NCBI GenBank assembly: GCA_964016885.1
Contig: OZ024756.1
Coordinates: forward strand, 28,768,001 to 28,832,000
Length of the DNA stretch: 64,000 bases
Direction of reading: 5' to 3'
Origin: Eledone cirrhosa
Taxonomy: Eukaryota
Shown here one piece after another: positions 41,723 to 55,215 of the stretch. How positions within the stretch are numbered: the first letter of the stretch is position 1; every line of letters begins with the position of its first letter. A model generated the notes under the pieces. That model ran no database searches and was not told the origin of the DNA. It saw nothing but the letters and a program-made list of their open reading frames with translations. The translations under genes and the position numbers were made by a program.

Positions 41723-41799
<77 letters not shown>

Positions 41800-42269
41800 T
41801 AACTCATTCTTCTTCCTCCAAGCGTGAAACTAATACACTCCATGATACTGTATGCTCTTGTTTGTTCGTTTCTCGTTTCCTTGATTCATATATAAACACA
41901 TGCTTTCAATGGAAGACTGGAGTTTATCTAATGACTAGGTTAGGGTCAACATAGAAACACAATAACCGTTTGATTCGGTGTTGCGCGACGGTAACCATTG
42001 AACCCCCAACCAGTGGTATCCAACATTCAACATTTATTAACAGTAATTGGGGTTTTGTTGACAGGGTTACGCCCATCAGCTGAAATAGAGGTAAAGAATG
42101 TGATTAATTAGACAGCGGCAGATAAATAGGACTTAATTAGGTTCACTGTGTATTTATGTATGTACATATGTATGTATATTTGTAAGTATGTTTGTAATCA
42201 TATATGTGTGTATGTATGTATGTATGTATGTATGTATGTATGTATGTATGTATGTATGTATGTATGTTC

Positions 42270-42570
42270 TGGTTTTATAATCTCACAAATTTTTACCAAT
42301 ATGTATGTATATGTGTATGTATTTATGTATGTATGCATTTATGTGTGTATATATGTATGCATGTGTGTATGTGTGTATGTGTATGTCAGTGTGTATGTGT
42401 GTGTATTTGTGTGTGACTGTGTGTGTGTGTGAATGTGTATTTGTGTCAGTCTGTGTAGAGGTGTAGATGTCGTTGCATGTGGGAATCTGTGTAAGCAGTT
42501 ATAGGTACAAATAAACACGTTTATATATTTATAAATGTGTGTATATGTAGTTTTAGATGATGCCAATTCC
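42270..42570 (-). mobile_element. 3'UTR-only relic of a related RLE element
   Basis: Shares ataatYtcacaaaKttttaccaata and tgtgtatatgYagttWttagatg with the 3' end of the 36606 element; flanked by (ATGT)n. Confidence 0.5.
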
Positions 42571-42607
42571 TGTATGTATGTATGAAAGTATGTATGCATG
42601 TATGTAT

Positions 42608-42992
42608 GAAAAGGAAGGTAAGGAAAAGAGACTGTTCTGAACTGCCTGCTGTTGAGCATCATCTGGTTTCTCAGTACTGTGGTCGAGTCTGCCTGAGTAA
42701 AGCTGGTTTGACTTAACACGAACAAAGTCATATCAGTAGACCTCGTGTAGAATATGATCTGAAAAGATGCAAGGAATGTGGCAAGGAATGTGCTAGCATG
42801 GGAGGTCTTAAAAGACACATGAGAACACACAATCAGAACAAAGCAATGGAAAGTCCCAGAGGAGCCTACAGTTGCCATGCATGTGCCAGAGGGTGCAAGT
42901 CTTTGGCTGGTTTAAAGAGCCACATTCGTGCCTCACATTTTTGAGAATTTTATCAGTCGATGGCAATGCTCTAACACGAGTTTGCAGCCATG
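42608..42992 (+). mobile_element. LINE (RTE-like) 3' end with three tandem C2H2 fingers
   Basis: One frame reads KRKVRK...SQYCGRVCLSKAGLT*HEQSH...CKECGKECASMGGLKRHMRTH...CHACARGCKSLAGLKSHIRASHF-stop (42942-42944), then a short UTR and (ATGT)n tail. Confidence 0.7.
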
Positions 42993-43683
42993 ATGTATGT
43001 ATGTATGTATGTATGTATGTATGTATGTATGTATGTATGTATGTATGTATGTATGTATGTATGTATGTATGGGCCCCTGCCCTTATGTCAGGTCACCAGT
43101 TGATGCAACTGGTAACATATATCCCAGTACAACCTGTCTCATGGTCAGGTCGTTGGCGACTAAACTGGCAACCCCACCAAGGTTTCTTGGTGAGGAGGGC
43201 GACTTTGGACATCCTGCAGGACTAAAAACAAAACCTGTCAAGGGGAAAAGGAGCTCTTAAGAGTCAATGGCCATCCAAATTCACCGGGAGAGATGACCCC
43301 TTAGCCTTTGTCAAGGCAGAATTCTATGAGAAGGAAAACTCTGATATAACACCTGCAATGATGTTGACTTGTTCTTCTTTTTGGTAAATATCATCTTGGT
43401 TAAGAGAGTGGGACTGGCTTTGTGCAGTGCCTTTGCTCACTATAAAAGCTTCACGGCACAGGCATTGCTTTATATCTGGAGATCTCTCTGCACTTGTCGT
43501 CACATGGTACCATGGGCCCAGCACTATGTGTCAATAATTGTCACAAGTGTAGTGTTTGTACCAGAGTTTTCAAGTCGCTGGCTGAACTAAAAAGTCACAC
43601 TCGTTCAGCGCATCGGTAGTGGTTCTCCTACATGGATATAAAGTAGTGGCCGTACTCGAAAACGAGTTGGCAGCCACCATGTA

Positions 43684-44232
43684 TGGGAGTGAAGGGCCCC
43701 TACCCTCTGTCAGGGCATTCTTCTAGGAGAAGGCAACTCAGGAAACTGGGATAACTCCGATATAAAACCTGCGGCTCAGTAGTTACCGATGATGTTGATC
43801 TTTTCTTCTTTTCGGGTTATAGCTACTGTCGCTCAGAGAGTGGGATTGGCTCAGTGCACAGTCTTTCCTCACTTTAAAAAAAATCTTCACGCACAGGCAT
43901 TGCACGATAGAATGAATTAATAATTATTAATGATGTTATATCGTGCAATGGCCATACTCGATAATGTATGTATGTATATATGTATCTATGTATAGTCCAC
44001 GGCCATCCAAATAGTACTTTTTTTTCTCACTTGGGAGTTGAAAGGCGACCAGTTGTTGTCACAATACCTTTCTAGGAGAGGGAAACTTTAAAAAAAAATA
44101 ACCTTCGAAGCTCAGGCATTGCTTGTTCAGGATATGTTACAGGTTTGTGTGGCTGGCCGTAGCCTAAAAGGGCGCCATTTTCTGTAATCTGACAAGCGAT
44201 TGCAATACTCTTAGCAGAGTTTGCAGCCATCA
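43684..44232 (+). mobile_element. Two further short RTE-derived elements with (ATGT)n tails (related fragments at 39140-39240 and 41615-41697)
   Basis: They share ttctaggagaRggMaact, caggcattgc and terminal caatactc...gagtttgcagcca motifs with the 35977 element. Confidence 0.55.
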
Positions 44233-44251
44233 TGTATGTATGTACGTATGC

Positions 44252-44358
<107 letters not shown>

Positions 44359-44511
44359 AACGAGTAGGACCCCGACGGCTGAGCTCAAGCCGTGACGGCT
44401 TGAGCTCAGCCGTCGGGGTCCTACTCGTTCCTATTACCCACTCTACTACCCTAAGTATTGAGTACTTTGGTGCGTTATGGTCCATCTGGTTCCTTACCAC
44501 ATTTCCTCCGT

Positions 44512-44647
<136 letters not shown>

Positions 44648-44980
44648 CTTTAATTCCTCCGGACCTTCATCATCATCAACATTCATTAACACCACACGCC
44701 ACACCCCAGACACATCCAAATCTCTCTTATATATAGTCACACATTTCAACAAAACCTGATCTCAGTTTGACAATCGTCACAGACAGACGAATGCAAGAAA
44801 GTTCTCCAACCCAAGTTAACCAGGAATCTCTAAAATTCTTCCCACCCAAGTTAACAAAGAACTTACTGGGTCAACCAACTCATATTATTATAATATTATA
44901 AAGTAGAAACAATTATATTATAACATTAAATTATAAACATTTTTTAACACTACAAGTGAAGTCATTCTTTTCCTTTTTTT

Positions 44981-45126
<146 letters not shown>

Positions 45127-45312
45127 CGTGTGTGTGTGTGTGTGTGTCAGTGTATATATATGTATATATATGTGTGTATATATATATATATACGTACATA
45201 TGTACATATATATATATATATTTACATATATGTACATATATATTTATTAATATATTTACATATTTATATATATATCTATTGATATATATATATATACACA
45301 CACACAGATATA

Positions 45313-45374
<62 letters not shown>

Positions 45375-45444
45375 ACATCTGTGTACGTGACTGATTGTTA
45401 GTTCCGGTATATATAAGAAATAATTCAAAGTGCTACACATTATA

Positions 45445-45523
45445 CAGGGTGTCCCCCAAAAATGTATACACACTTTGATTAGAATGCAGTTGAAGTGTGT
45501 ATATATTTTTGGGGGACACCCTG
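45445..45523. mobile_element. Mariner-type mini-MITE
   Basis: TA|CAGGGTGTCCCCCAAAAAT ... ATTTTTGGGGGACACCCTG|TA; another fragment near 24109. Confidence 0.75.
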
Positions 45524-45584
45524 TATGTGAGTTACATACTGACATACTGGCTAGTAGTAAAGTATTTATATATCTTCTTTTGCA

Positions 45585-45652
<68 letters not shown>

Positions 45653-45699
45653 GCATATATATATATATATATATACGCATATATATATATATATATATA

Positions 45700-45762
<63 letters not shown>

Positions 45763-45848
45763 GCATAGAGCTTAACTAGCTACCGTCACATATTTGGTAA
45801 GTCAGACGTGATCATCGCGATTCACATACGACCTACCATACATCTTAC

Positions 45849-45880
<32 letters not shown>

Positions 45881-46030
45881 ATACTTTGGGAGGGTCATGT
45901 TGCCAATAAGAAACACACGCACACTGGTGCGTGTGTTTCTTATTGGCAACATGACCCTCCCAAAGTATAACAATATCGGTTTCAACACACGATTTCAGAT
46001 AAAGAATCTTGCTAAACAAATTCAGAAACG

Positions 46031-46151
<121 letters not shown>

Positions 46152-46163
46152 AATATATATATA

Positions 46164-46251
<88 letters not shown>

Positions 46252-46277
46252 TACATATATGCCTGAATATATATGTA

Positions 46278-46350
<73 letters not shown>

Positions 46351-46699
46351 ACATACCCATATACAACGCAACATTGTTATGGATACAATGACATTGTAAA
46401 TAAAGAACAAAATGATCAGAAGGGAATTCCTTCAGATTCTGAGAGTGTCTCAGCTCAGATATGGCAAGAATGGTAGTGAGGTAATGCATAAGATTTTAAA
46501 GAATTTATGTTGCCATATGTTATAGATAAGGTGGTTACGTAGCAGAGTTGGTAGAGGGTCGAACTAAACATCTTAAGCTATTTCTTCTCACTCTTAACAT
46601 TCTGAGTTTATATCCCGCTGATGTCGGCTTTACCTTTCCTCGTTTCGGGTGGTGGGGTGTGCAATAAAATAAAGTGCAAGTCCAGAGTTCAACAGTCTT

Positions 46700-47088
46700 A
46701 TAATCATGAGCTCAACACTCGTGTAATCGTGAGCTCAAAAGCGTTATAATTGTGAGCTCAACACCCGTATGATCTTGAGCTCAACACCCGTGTGATCGTG
46801 AGCTCAAAAACGTTATAATTGTGAGCTCAACACCCGTATGATCTTGAGCTCAACACCCGTGTGATCGTGAGCTCAAAAACGTTATAATTGTGAGCTCAAC
46901 ACCCGTATGATCTTGAGCTCAACCCCCGTGTGATCGTGAGCTCAAAAGCGTTATAATTGTGAGCTCAACACCCGTATGATCTTGAGCTCAACACCCGTGT
47001 GATCGTGAGCTCAAAAACGTTATAATTGTGAGCTCAACATCCGTATGATCTTGAGATAAAAAAAACTTTATAATCATGAGCTCAACAC
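46700..47088. repeat. 23-bp repeat with 69-bp higher-order period
   Basis: tgagctcaacacccgtatgatct / tgagctcaacacccgtgtgatcg / tgagctcaaaaacgttataattg recur in fixed order. Confidence 0.9.
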
Positions 47089-48699
47089 GGTTACCCACTC
47101 GGCACGCATCCATTACCCCATTACATTGAAAACCAGTAAACGAGTGAATCTAATCTGACTGAGTTTACACTCGCAAATAAGAAGAACCAGGAGCATTGGA
47201 TTTGGTGTACTTCATATTTGTTTCGGTTACTGAATACAATCAGGGGTCGCTGCTTCTCCTGAAGGTCAATAGTTCTCTTCTAACTCGTGAGGGAGCGCCT
47301 TTCCATTGTCAATTTGAATTGATCATCTGCAAAGCTGCATTGTTCTCAGAACCACTACACCAGTCTTTCGATGAGTGCAGCTGCAACTACTGCCACACAT
47401 TGATTTGGCAGGATCGCCACTCATTTCTACAGCTGAGTAAACTGGAGCAATGTGAAATAAAGTGTCTTGCTCAAGAACACAACACATCACCCGGTCCGAG
47501 AACCGAACTCACAACCTTGCGATTGCAAGCCCAAATGCTCTAACCTCTAAGCCATGCGCTTTCACGAATGAAAGAATCAGAAGAATAATAGTGTAAACGA
47601 ATGTCGAAGCGACTGGAATCTACAAGGAATATCTATCTATGAATGACAGCTTAACCAGACGATATCTCTGTTGCTAGGGTGGGTTGCTATCACAGCTCAC
47701 AGAACTGATACGGTAAAAGTAAAACCTTTTAATTGTTCCCACGAGAATCTATCTATGGGGGAGAGGAAAAGGGGTTACTTTGGATAAATAAAAACACACA
47801 ACAAAACTGTCTCCAATTTGAAAGAGAATACGAAATAGAATGTTTGTCTTTTGTCTCATTTACTGTCATTGTTGCTGCTGCTGGCGTTGCTGCTGCTGTT
47901 GTTGCTGTTGTTGGTGGTGGTGCTGGTGTTGGTGGTGTTGGTGGTGGTGTTGATGGTGGTGCTGTTGTTGGTGGTGTTGGTGGCGTTGGTGGCGCTGGTG
48001 GTGTTGGGGGTATTGTCGTTGGTGATGGTGCTGGTGTTGGTGGTATTGATGTTGGTGGTGGGGGCGGTGGTGGTGGTGCTGGTGTTGGTGGTGGGGGCGG
48101 TGTTGGTGGTTGTGGTGGTGGTGAGGGGCGGATTTGGTGGTGGTGGGGGCGGTGTTGGTGGTGGTGGGGGGGGGGGGCGAATTTGTGGTGGGGGCGGTGT
48201 TGGTGGTAGTGATGCTGGTGTTGGTAGTAAGGGTGGTGTTGTTGATGGTGGTGCTGGTGTTGGTGGTGGTAGTGTTGGGGGCGACGTTGGTGGTGGTGGT
48301 GGTGGTGGTGGTGTTTCATCTAATGTAACTCCTAATGGATTTGTCTAAACACATTTATATACACACACACACACACAGATGTATATATACACACGGATAC
48401 ACATCATCATCATCATCATCACCGTTTTACGTCCGTTCTTCCACGCTAGCATGGGTTAGACGGGTTGTCCTGTTGTGGGCAGTGTCTGGTCGGCTGACCA
48501 TGCCTTGCTCATACAGGAACTGATCTGGCTTGATTTCTACAGCTGGATGCCCTTCCTAACACCAACCTCATTTACAGTGAGTGCTGGGTGCTTTTTCGTG
48601 GCGCCTACACGTCCACTTTACAGTGTGGGCTGGGTGCTTTTTTGCCGTGGCACCTCCACGACCACCTTGCGGTGGGGGGGGGGGCATATTGTTTATATG

Positions 48700-48972
48700 C
48701 TTCAGCATGTACCCATGGGAGGTCGGGTACCCTGTATTACTGCGTGACGCCAGAAGTCACGGTCGTGTGTCATTGACTTTGAGAGGTGTAGTTGGGTAAG
48801 GTCGGCTTTTATCACCTCATCCCAAGTCATCTTGGGTCTCCCCACTCCGCGGTTTCCATCAACTTCTAGTGCTCTGCACCTTTTTATGCAGCTGTCATCC
48901 TTCATACGCATCACATGTCCATACCAGCGTAACCGCCTCTCCTGCACGCAGCATTTGATTCCTCTTATGCTA
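48700..48972 (-). mobile_element. RTE LINE 3' fragment
   Basis: RRLRWYGHVMRM...DGNRGVGRPKMTWDEVIKADL...DRDFWR. Confidence 0.8.
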
Positions 48973-49008
48973 TGTATAGAAATGTATACACACACACACA
49001 CACACACC

Positions 49009-49041
<33 letters not shown>

Positions 49042-49070
49042 ACCCACTCTACATCTCCCCAGCACCGCAG

Positions 49071-49114
<44 letters not shown>

Positions 49115-49721
49115 GCGCTCTCTCTCTCTCTCTGTGTTTTTTAGGCATGGTGAATCTCCCTCCCTCTTTCTTTCCTCTTCCATCCCCAACCTTTCCCCTT
49201 CTATTATTTCTTTCTATATATATGGCGGTGGATTGGCAGCATCGGTAGAGGGTCGGACGCCATGCTTTGACGCATAGAGTTACGGCCCTTGCCATTCTGA
49301 GTTCGAATCCCGCCGAGGTTAACTTTGCCTTTCATCCTTACGGGGTCGATAAAATAAAGTACCAGTAATACACTGGGATAATTGCTGGCCTTGTGCCAAA
49401 AGTAGAAACAATTATTTATTTCTATATATATTATACAAAACATTGTACAAAAAAAAAAAAAAAAAAAAAATTTAAAACTAAAGGGGGAAAAAAAATTAAT
49501 CTGGAAGAAAAAAGGAAAAGACCAAAAAAACATGGGGGAAAATATAAATAAAAGAAAAAAAAAATGGAAAAAAAAAAAAAGTGAAGTCATTCTTTTCCTT
49601 TTTTTCAAATATACCTAACTGTACCACTTTCCAATATATATATATATATATATAATCAGTTTGATTAAGATAACAGGAGGTCGGACTAGTAATATTCCTT
49701 TAAAGTTTTATTGTTGCAAAG

Positions 49722-49777
49722 CACTATGTATATTTCAGTGGCCTAGTTACGTAAGATCTTGGCGACATCATCAGGTG
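49722..49777 (-). ncRNA. Hammerhead-like motif with imperfect stems
   Basis: Minus strand: CAC CTGATGA [31-nt imperfect stem II] GAAA TATACA TA GTG. Confidence 0.5.
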
Positions 49778-51307
49778 TGTATTCCATAATTAGTTAACCA
49801 ACAAAGGAATTACGGCAAACATAACCAGAGAAAATATAGAAAAAATATTTGATTCGGAGATGGCCCGCAGACCATCCCCGAAGGCAGGAAAATGGACGAA
49901 TATAGACAGTAGTTTCATCTCATCAGTCGAGCGCCTTAGCGTCGCCATCACCCGTCATAATCCTGCTAACGTGTTGGCTTGCCTCAAAAATTTCCGATGA
50001 CCTTTGAGGTGTGTGAACGACTGACGCGCTAAGTGTTGAATTGATATGTTTTTGTGTATTATATTCATAAGTTTCCTAGCAATAATTAATTGTCTAGTAT
50101 TGTATATATTATTTGTGTTTCTATTTTCATTCTGTAAGAATTATAAACAATTTGTAACGTTATTTATACAGCGAGGTTCTGAGTTCAAATCCCGCCAAGG
50201 TTGACTTTGCCTTTCATCCTTACGGGGTCGATAAAATAAAGTACCAGTAATGCACTGGGTAATTGCTGGCCTTGTGCCTAAAGTAGAAACAGTTATTTAT
50301 ACAGCTGGGAATAACATGTCAATTACATGTAGATTTTAAGAAAATAAGATTATAGTTTCTTGAATGCGGCCTTTCAACAGGAAAAGGTTCCCCACCTCTG
50401 CTCTTATGGAATATGACCAAATGAGATTTATTTTTCAACATATCACCACTTGCGGTCCACGCAAATCTTCCATCGGCGTTGCAGTGCTTGGACACCATTG
50501 GTGAAGAAGCTTTCATTCTGTTGGTAAAAAAACAGCAGATATTCGTTGATGTGACGGAGTCAAAGTTTCGTCAAAGTCTCACCATCCCAGGGGGAGACCG
50601 GCCGCTTCCTCTTCGCACCAGTCGCCGTCGAGACCTCGGGGGCGTACTTGGACCCAGTACTGCCGAGCTCCTCCGCAAGATCGGAACGCCAGCAGCCCGT
50701 CTTGAGGGAGGAACCTCGCGAGGGCTGGGGGTGGCTGTTGCAGCAGTTGTCACTGGCCATTGTCCACGGAAAGGCTTTTGCAGTCTTGTGGGCGGGGCAC
50801 AGCTCCAAACCCGCCGCGTCCTAGGCCTAGAGGCCCTCACTCTGCCCCATCCCTCTCTCATTATTCTGTGACCCTAGATAGAGCCTTTGCCTTTCCCTTC
50901 ATTTCCCGTTTTTAGATATCTGAAATAGAATTGTTTAAGATTTTTTTTCTTGATTTTTATCAGAAACGAAGTTAAGTTCAAAACAGTGAAGTAATCTCTG
51001 ACTTTGCGGTTCCTTCGGTAACAACTTCCTTCGTATTTCGTTCGTTTTGCCAAGATTTATCGTTTCTTTTCTCGAAATCCAATATTCATCATAAGTTCTC
51101 AGATTCTTCAGAAAGAGAAAACAACAAAAGATAACAAACTGTACCCCCCTCCCCCCCCTCTCTCTCTCATCCAATTAAAAACACGAAAAGCATAAAAACA
51201 AAATAAAACAACAAACAAGTGAAATCAAAGACAAGCAAAACCAACAAAATTTCTTCCTTCTCAGATTTTTAAAACGAAACCTAGATATTGGCGTTATATT
51301 CTAGCAG

Positions 51308-51359
<52 letters not shown>

Positions 51360-51428
51360 GGTTTTCTTTTTATATATATATAGTAATAATAATAACAAAG
51401 ACAAAAATCAGAAGAGAGCTCGATAAGG

Positions 51429-51489
<61 letters not shown>

Positions 51490-51720
51490 AATCTGAGTTT
51501 TTCGAATATTAATAATGGTTTCTTATATAGGCATAAGGCCAGCAATTCTGGGGGAGAGGAATGTCGATTACATCGACCCCAGTGCGTGACTGGTACTTTA
51601 TTTTAGCGACCTAGTATGGATGAAAGGCAAAGTTAACCTCGGCGGGATTTGAACTCAGATCATAAAGGGCCGTAACTCTATGTTGAAAAGCACCTCGCCC
51701 GACCCTCTACCGATACTGCC

Positions 51721-51966
51721 TTCGTTTGCAATTATGCAAACAGTCTGCTAATATGCAAATCAGGCCGGTCAGTGACTGTATATTCCAGAAAATATCTTAT
51801 ATTTTCATTAGCTCTGGCAGGTAAGCAGTAAACTGTACTGATGAAGAGTAATTACCCAGAAATATTAGTGTCTCTAGCTCTATTTACATGCCAGCATAAG
51901 AACAAGAGTGAGGAGGTCATTCTATTGACATATACTAAAGAGGCTGTTTGCATAATTGCAAACGAA
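51721..51966. mobile_element. TIR-bounded MITE-like element
   Basis: ~26-bp inverted repeats ttcgtttgcaattatgcaaacag / ctgtttgcataattgcaaacgaa; no clear target-site duplication. Confidence 0.5.
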
Positions 51967-52088
51967 TCAAATATTATTTAAATATTTGAAAAACTCAACA
52001 TCGAATTGCATCTCAACTCGTGCGTGCATTTTTATTGGCAGCATATCCCCACCAACTATATATACACACATCTACATATACATGCCTA

Positions 52089-52181
<93 letters not shown>

Positions 52182-52272
52182 ATATATATATGACAAGTAA
52201 GTATGTTTTGAACAGTGAGAAGGTTTGAAATTAGAAAATAGAATAGCTTTCACCGTATTTTAACCTGATAGT

Positions 52273-52341
<69 letters not shown>

Positions 52342-52374
52342 TTATGTATGTATATGTATGTGTATATATATATG

Positions 52375-52458
<84 letters not shown>

Positions 52459-52537
52459 AAAGTACGTCCATAGAATCATTTGATAAAATACACATATATA
52501 TATCTATGGCTCTGTCTAGTTTATGTATATATAAATC

Positions 52538-52570
<33 letters not shown>

Positions 52571-52580
52571 AATCTATATT

Positions 52581-52697
<117 letters not shown>

Positions 52698-53653
52698 TAT
52701 ATGTATATATGTATATATATATGTACATATATGTATATATGTATATATATATATATATTTATATATATATTTATATATTTATATACATGCGTGTTTTTGT
52801 GTACTTGGTGTTTATAACTAAAAATATGTTGGGTGTTGTCGTGGGAATGTTTTTCCAAACTAGGTTGAACGGTAAATTTGAGGACCAACGTTTAAAATAA
52901 GATTATTCCAGAAGACAACCATATCATCTACACCTCTGTACAACAATGACGTCATATTCACTGTTATTGACACAGAAAAACAGGCCAGTTGTACTTAGGG
53001 AAGATGGCAATAATTTCACCTAACATTTGTCATTAAAAATCGTTTCAGTTAACATAAAGACGTCACAGCTAATACCTTAGTTTTACATATAAAAGAATAA
53101 GTATAAAAAAAATTAGGGGGTTAGGGTGGAATAAGCAGGAAAGGGTGGGGTTTGGAATAAGCAGGGGAGAAGTTTGGAATAATCGGGGGTTGGAAAATCA
53201 CTAATTTTTCTAGGTTGCCCTCTCAGAATTTAAAAAAACCCAGAATTACTCGTTTAGTTTACATATTGAAACCACCAACGCATCATCCTATTTATTTTAT
53301 AACATATGAGCTTTCTAGTAATGTACTTTTTTTTGTCATATATAGTGTTATTTAATGAATCAAGAAATCGTTTGAATGGACGGTGGTTCAACAACAGCAA
53401 GAGATTAAAAGTTAAAAGAAACAATTTCTGCTTTCTACATTTTTCAGGATTCGGAGAAAGTGTGAAAACAAATTGTTTGCTTAAGCTTTTAATCTGTACT
53501 AATAATATATATATATATAAAGATAAAAAACCGTAGAGCAAATATTTATTAAAATAACAGATTAAAGTTTAAGCAAGGAATCTCTGCTTTCAACCTTAAC
53601 AGGATCTTCTGAAGATCCCGTTAAGGATTCCTTGCTTAAACTTTAATCTGTTA

Positions 53654-53714
<61 letters not shown>

Positions 53715-53893
53715 GAGTAAGTAAGACCCCGACGGCTGAGCTCAAGCCGTTTCGACGGCTAATTCTGTACCGTCGAAACGGCTTGAGCTCAGCCGTCGGG
53801 GTCTTACTTACTCCTATTACCCACTCTACTACCCTAAGTATTGAGTACTTTGGTGCGTTATGGTCCACCTGGTTCCTTACCACTTTTCCTTCG

Positions 53894-53952
<59 letters not shown>

Positions 53953-53964
53953 TATGTGTATCTC

Positions 53965-53995
<31 letters not shown>

Positions 53996-54076
53996 GGTAA
54001 ACAGGAAAAACAACACAATCGGTACAGTATATGGAAGGAATATATTAGGTTAACTCTTGAAATAGCAAGAAGAGGG

Positions 54077-54112
54077 TCTTAACGTTTCGGACGCTAGTCC
54101 TTCATCAGAAGA
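54077..54112 (-). ncRNA. Minimal hammerhead ribozyme motif (degenerate sister copy at 21100-21135)
   Basis: Minus strand: TCTT CTGATGA AGGAC-TAGC-GTCC GAAA CG TT AAGA. Lies inside a ~190-bp repeat also present at about 21012-21200, where the core reads CTGGTGA. Confidence 0.7.
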
Positions 54113-54268
54113 AAGAATGAGAAATAAGATAGATTGAAGGGACGGGCGGGTTGGAATTGGGAAAAAATGTATGTCTTTAGATAGAAACAACAGGTCCATT
54201 CATGTTGACATATGTACACACACATATATACTACTTTTATGCAGTCCTCAGTGGGATTTTGGTCCTTT

Positions 54269-54319
<51 letters not shown>

Positions 54320-54529
54320 ACGAAGGAAATGTGGTAAGGAACCAGGTGGACCATAACGCACCAAAGTACTCAATATTTAGGGTAGTAGAGTCGGTAATAG
54401 GACTAGAATTAGTCCAGAATTAGCCGTCGAAACGGCTTGAGCTCAGCCGTCGGGGTCCTACTCGTTCCTATATATATATATATTAGCCGTCGAAACGGCT
54501 TGAGCTCAGCCGTCGGGTCCCTACTCGTT

Positions 54530-54565
<36 letters not shown>

Positions 54566-54637
54566 AACGAGTAGGACCCCGACGGCTGAGCTCAAGCCGT
54601 TTCGACGGCTAATTCTGGACTAATTCTAGTCCTATTA

Positions 54638-54703
<66 letters not shown>

Positions 54704-54882
54704 CGATGACGTCAATCAGTGACGTCAGAATTCTAATCCTTCTTATAAAACGTCCAGAAGGCGTTTTATGACTTTATTACCAGAGATGGAGCATGTTTTC
54801 ATGTTCAATTCAAGCAACAGCAAGCTAATCACTGATGTTGGTTTTAACGTGTTTTCCCTCTCTTGAACCTGCCAGTTGAGAA

Positions 54883-54968
<86 letters not shown>

Positions 54969-55107
54969 CTGTGTGTGTGTGTGCATGTATATATATATGT
55001 ATATATGTATATATGTATATACACATATATATATGTGGGTGTGTATGTATATATATATATATATATATTTATATGTGTGCGCGTGCATGTATATATATAT
55101 ATATATG

Positions 55108-55138
<31 letters not shown>

Positions 55139-55159
55139 TTATATGTGTGCGCGTGCATG

Positions 55160-55215
<56 letters not shown>

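Noticed and set aside
47733-48348. Gly-rich / Pro-rich structural protein ORFs
   Set aside because: A degenerate (GGT)n tract open on both strands, with no splice support.
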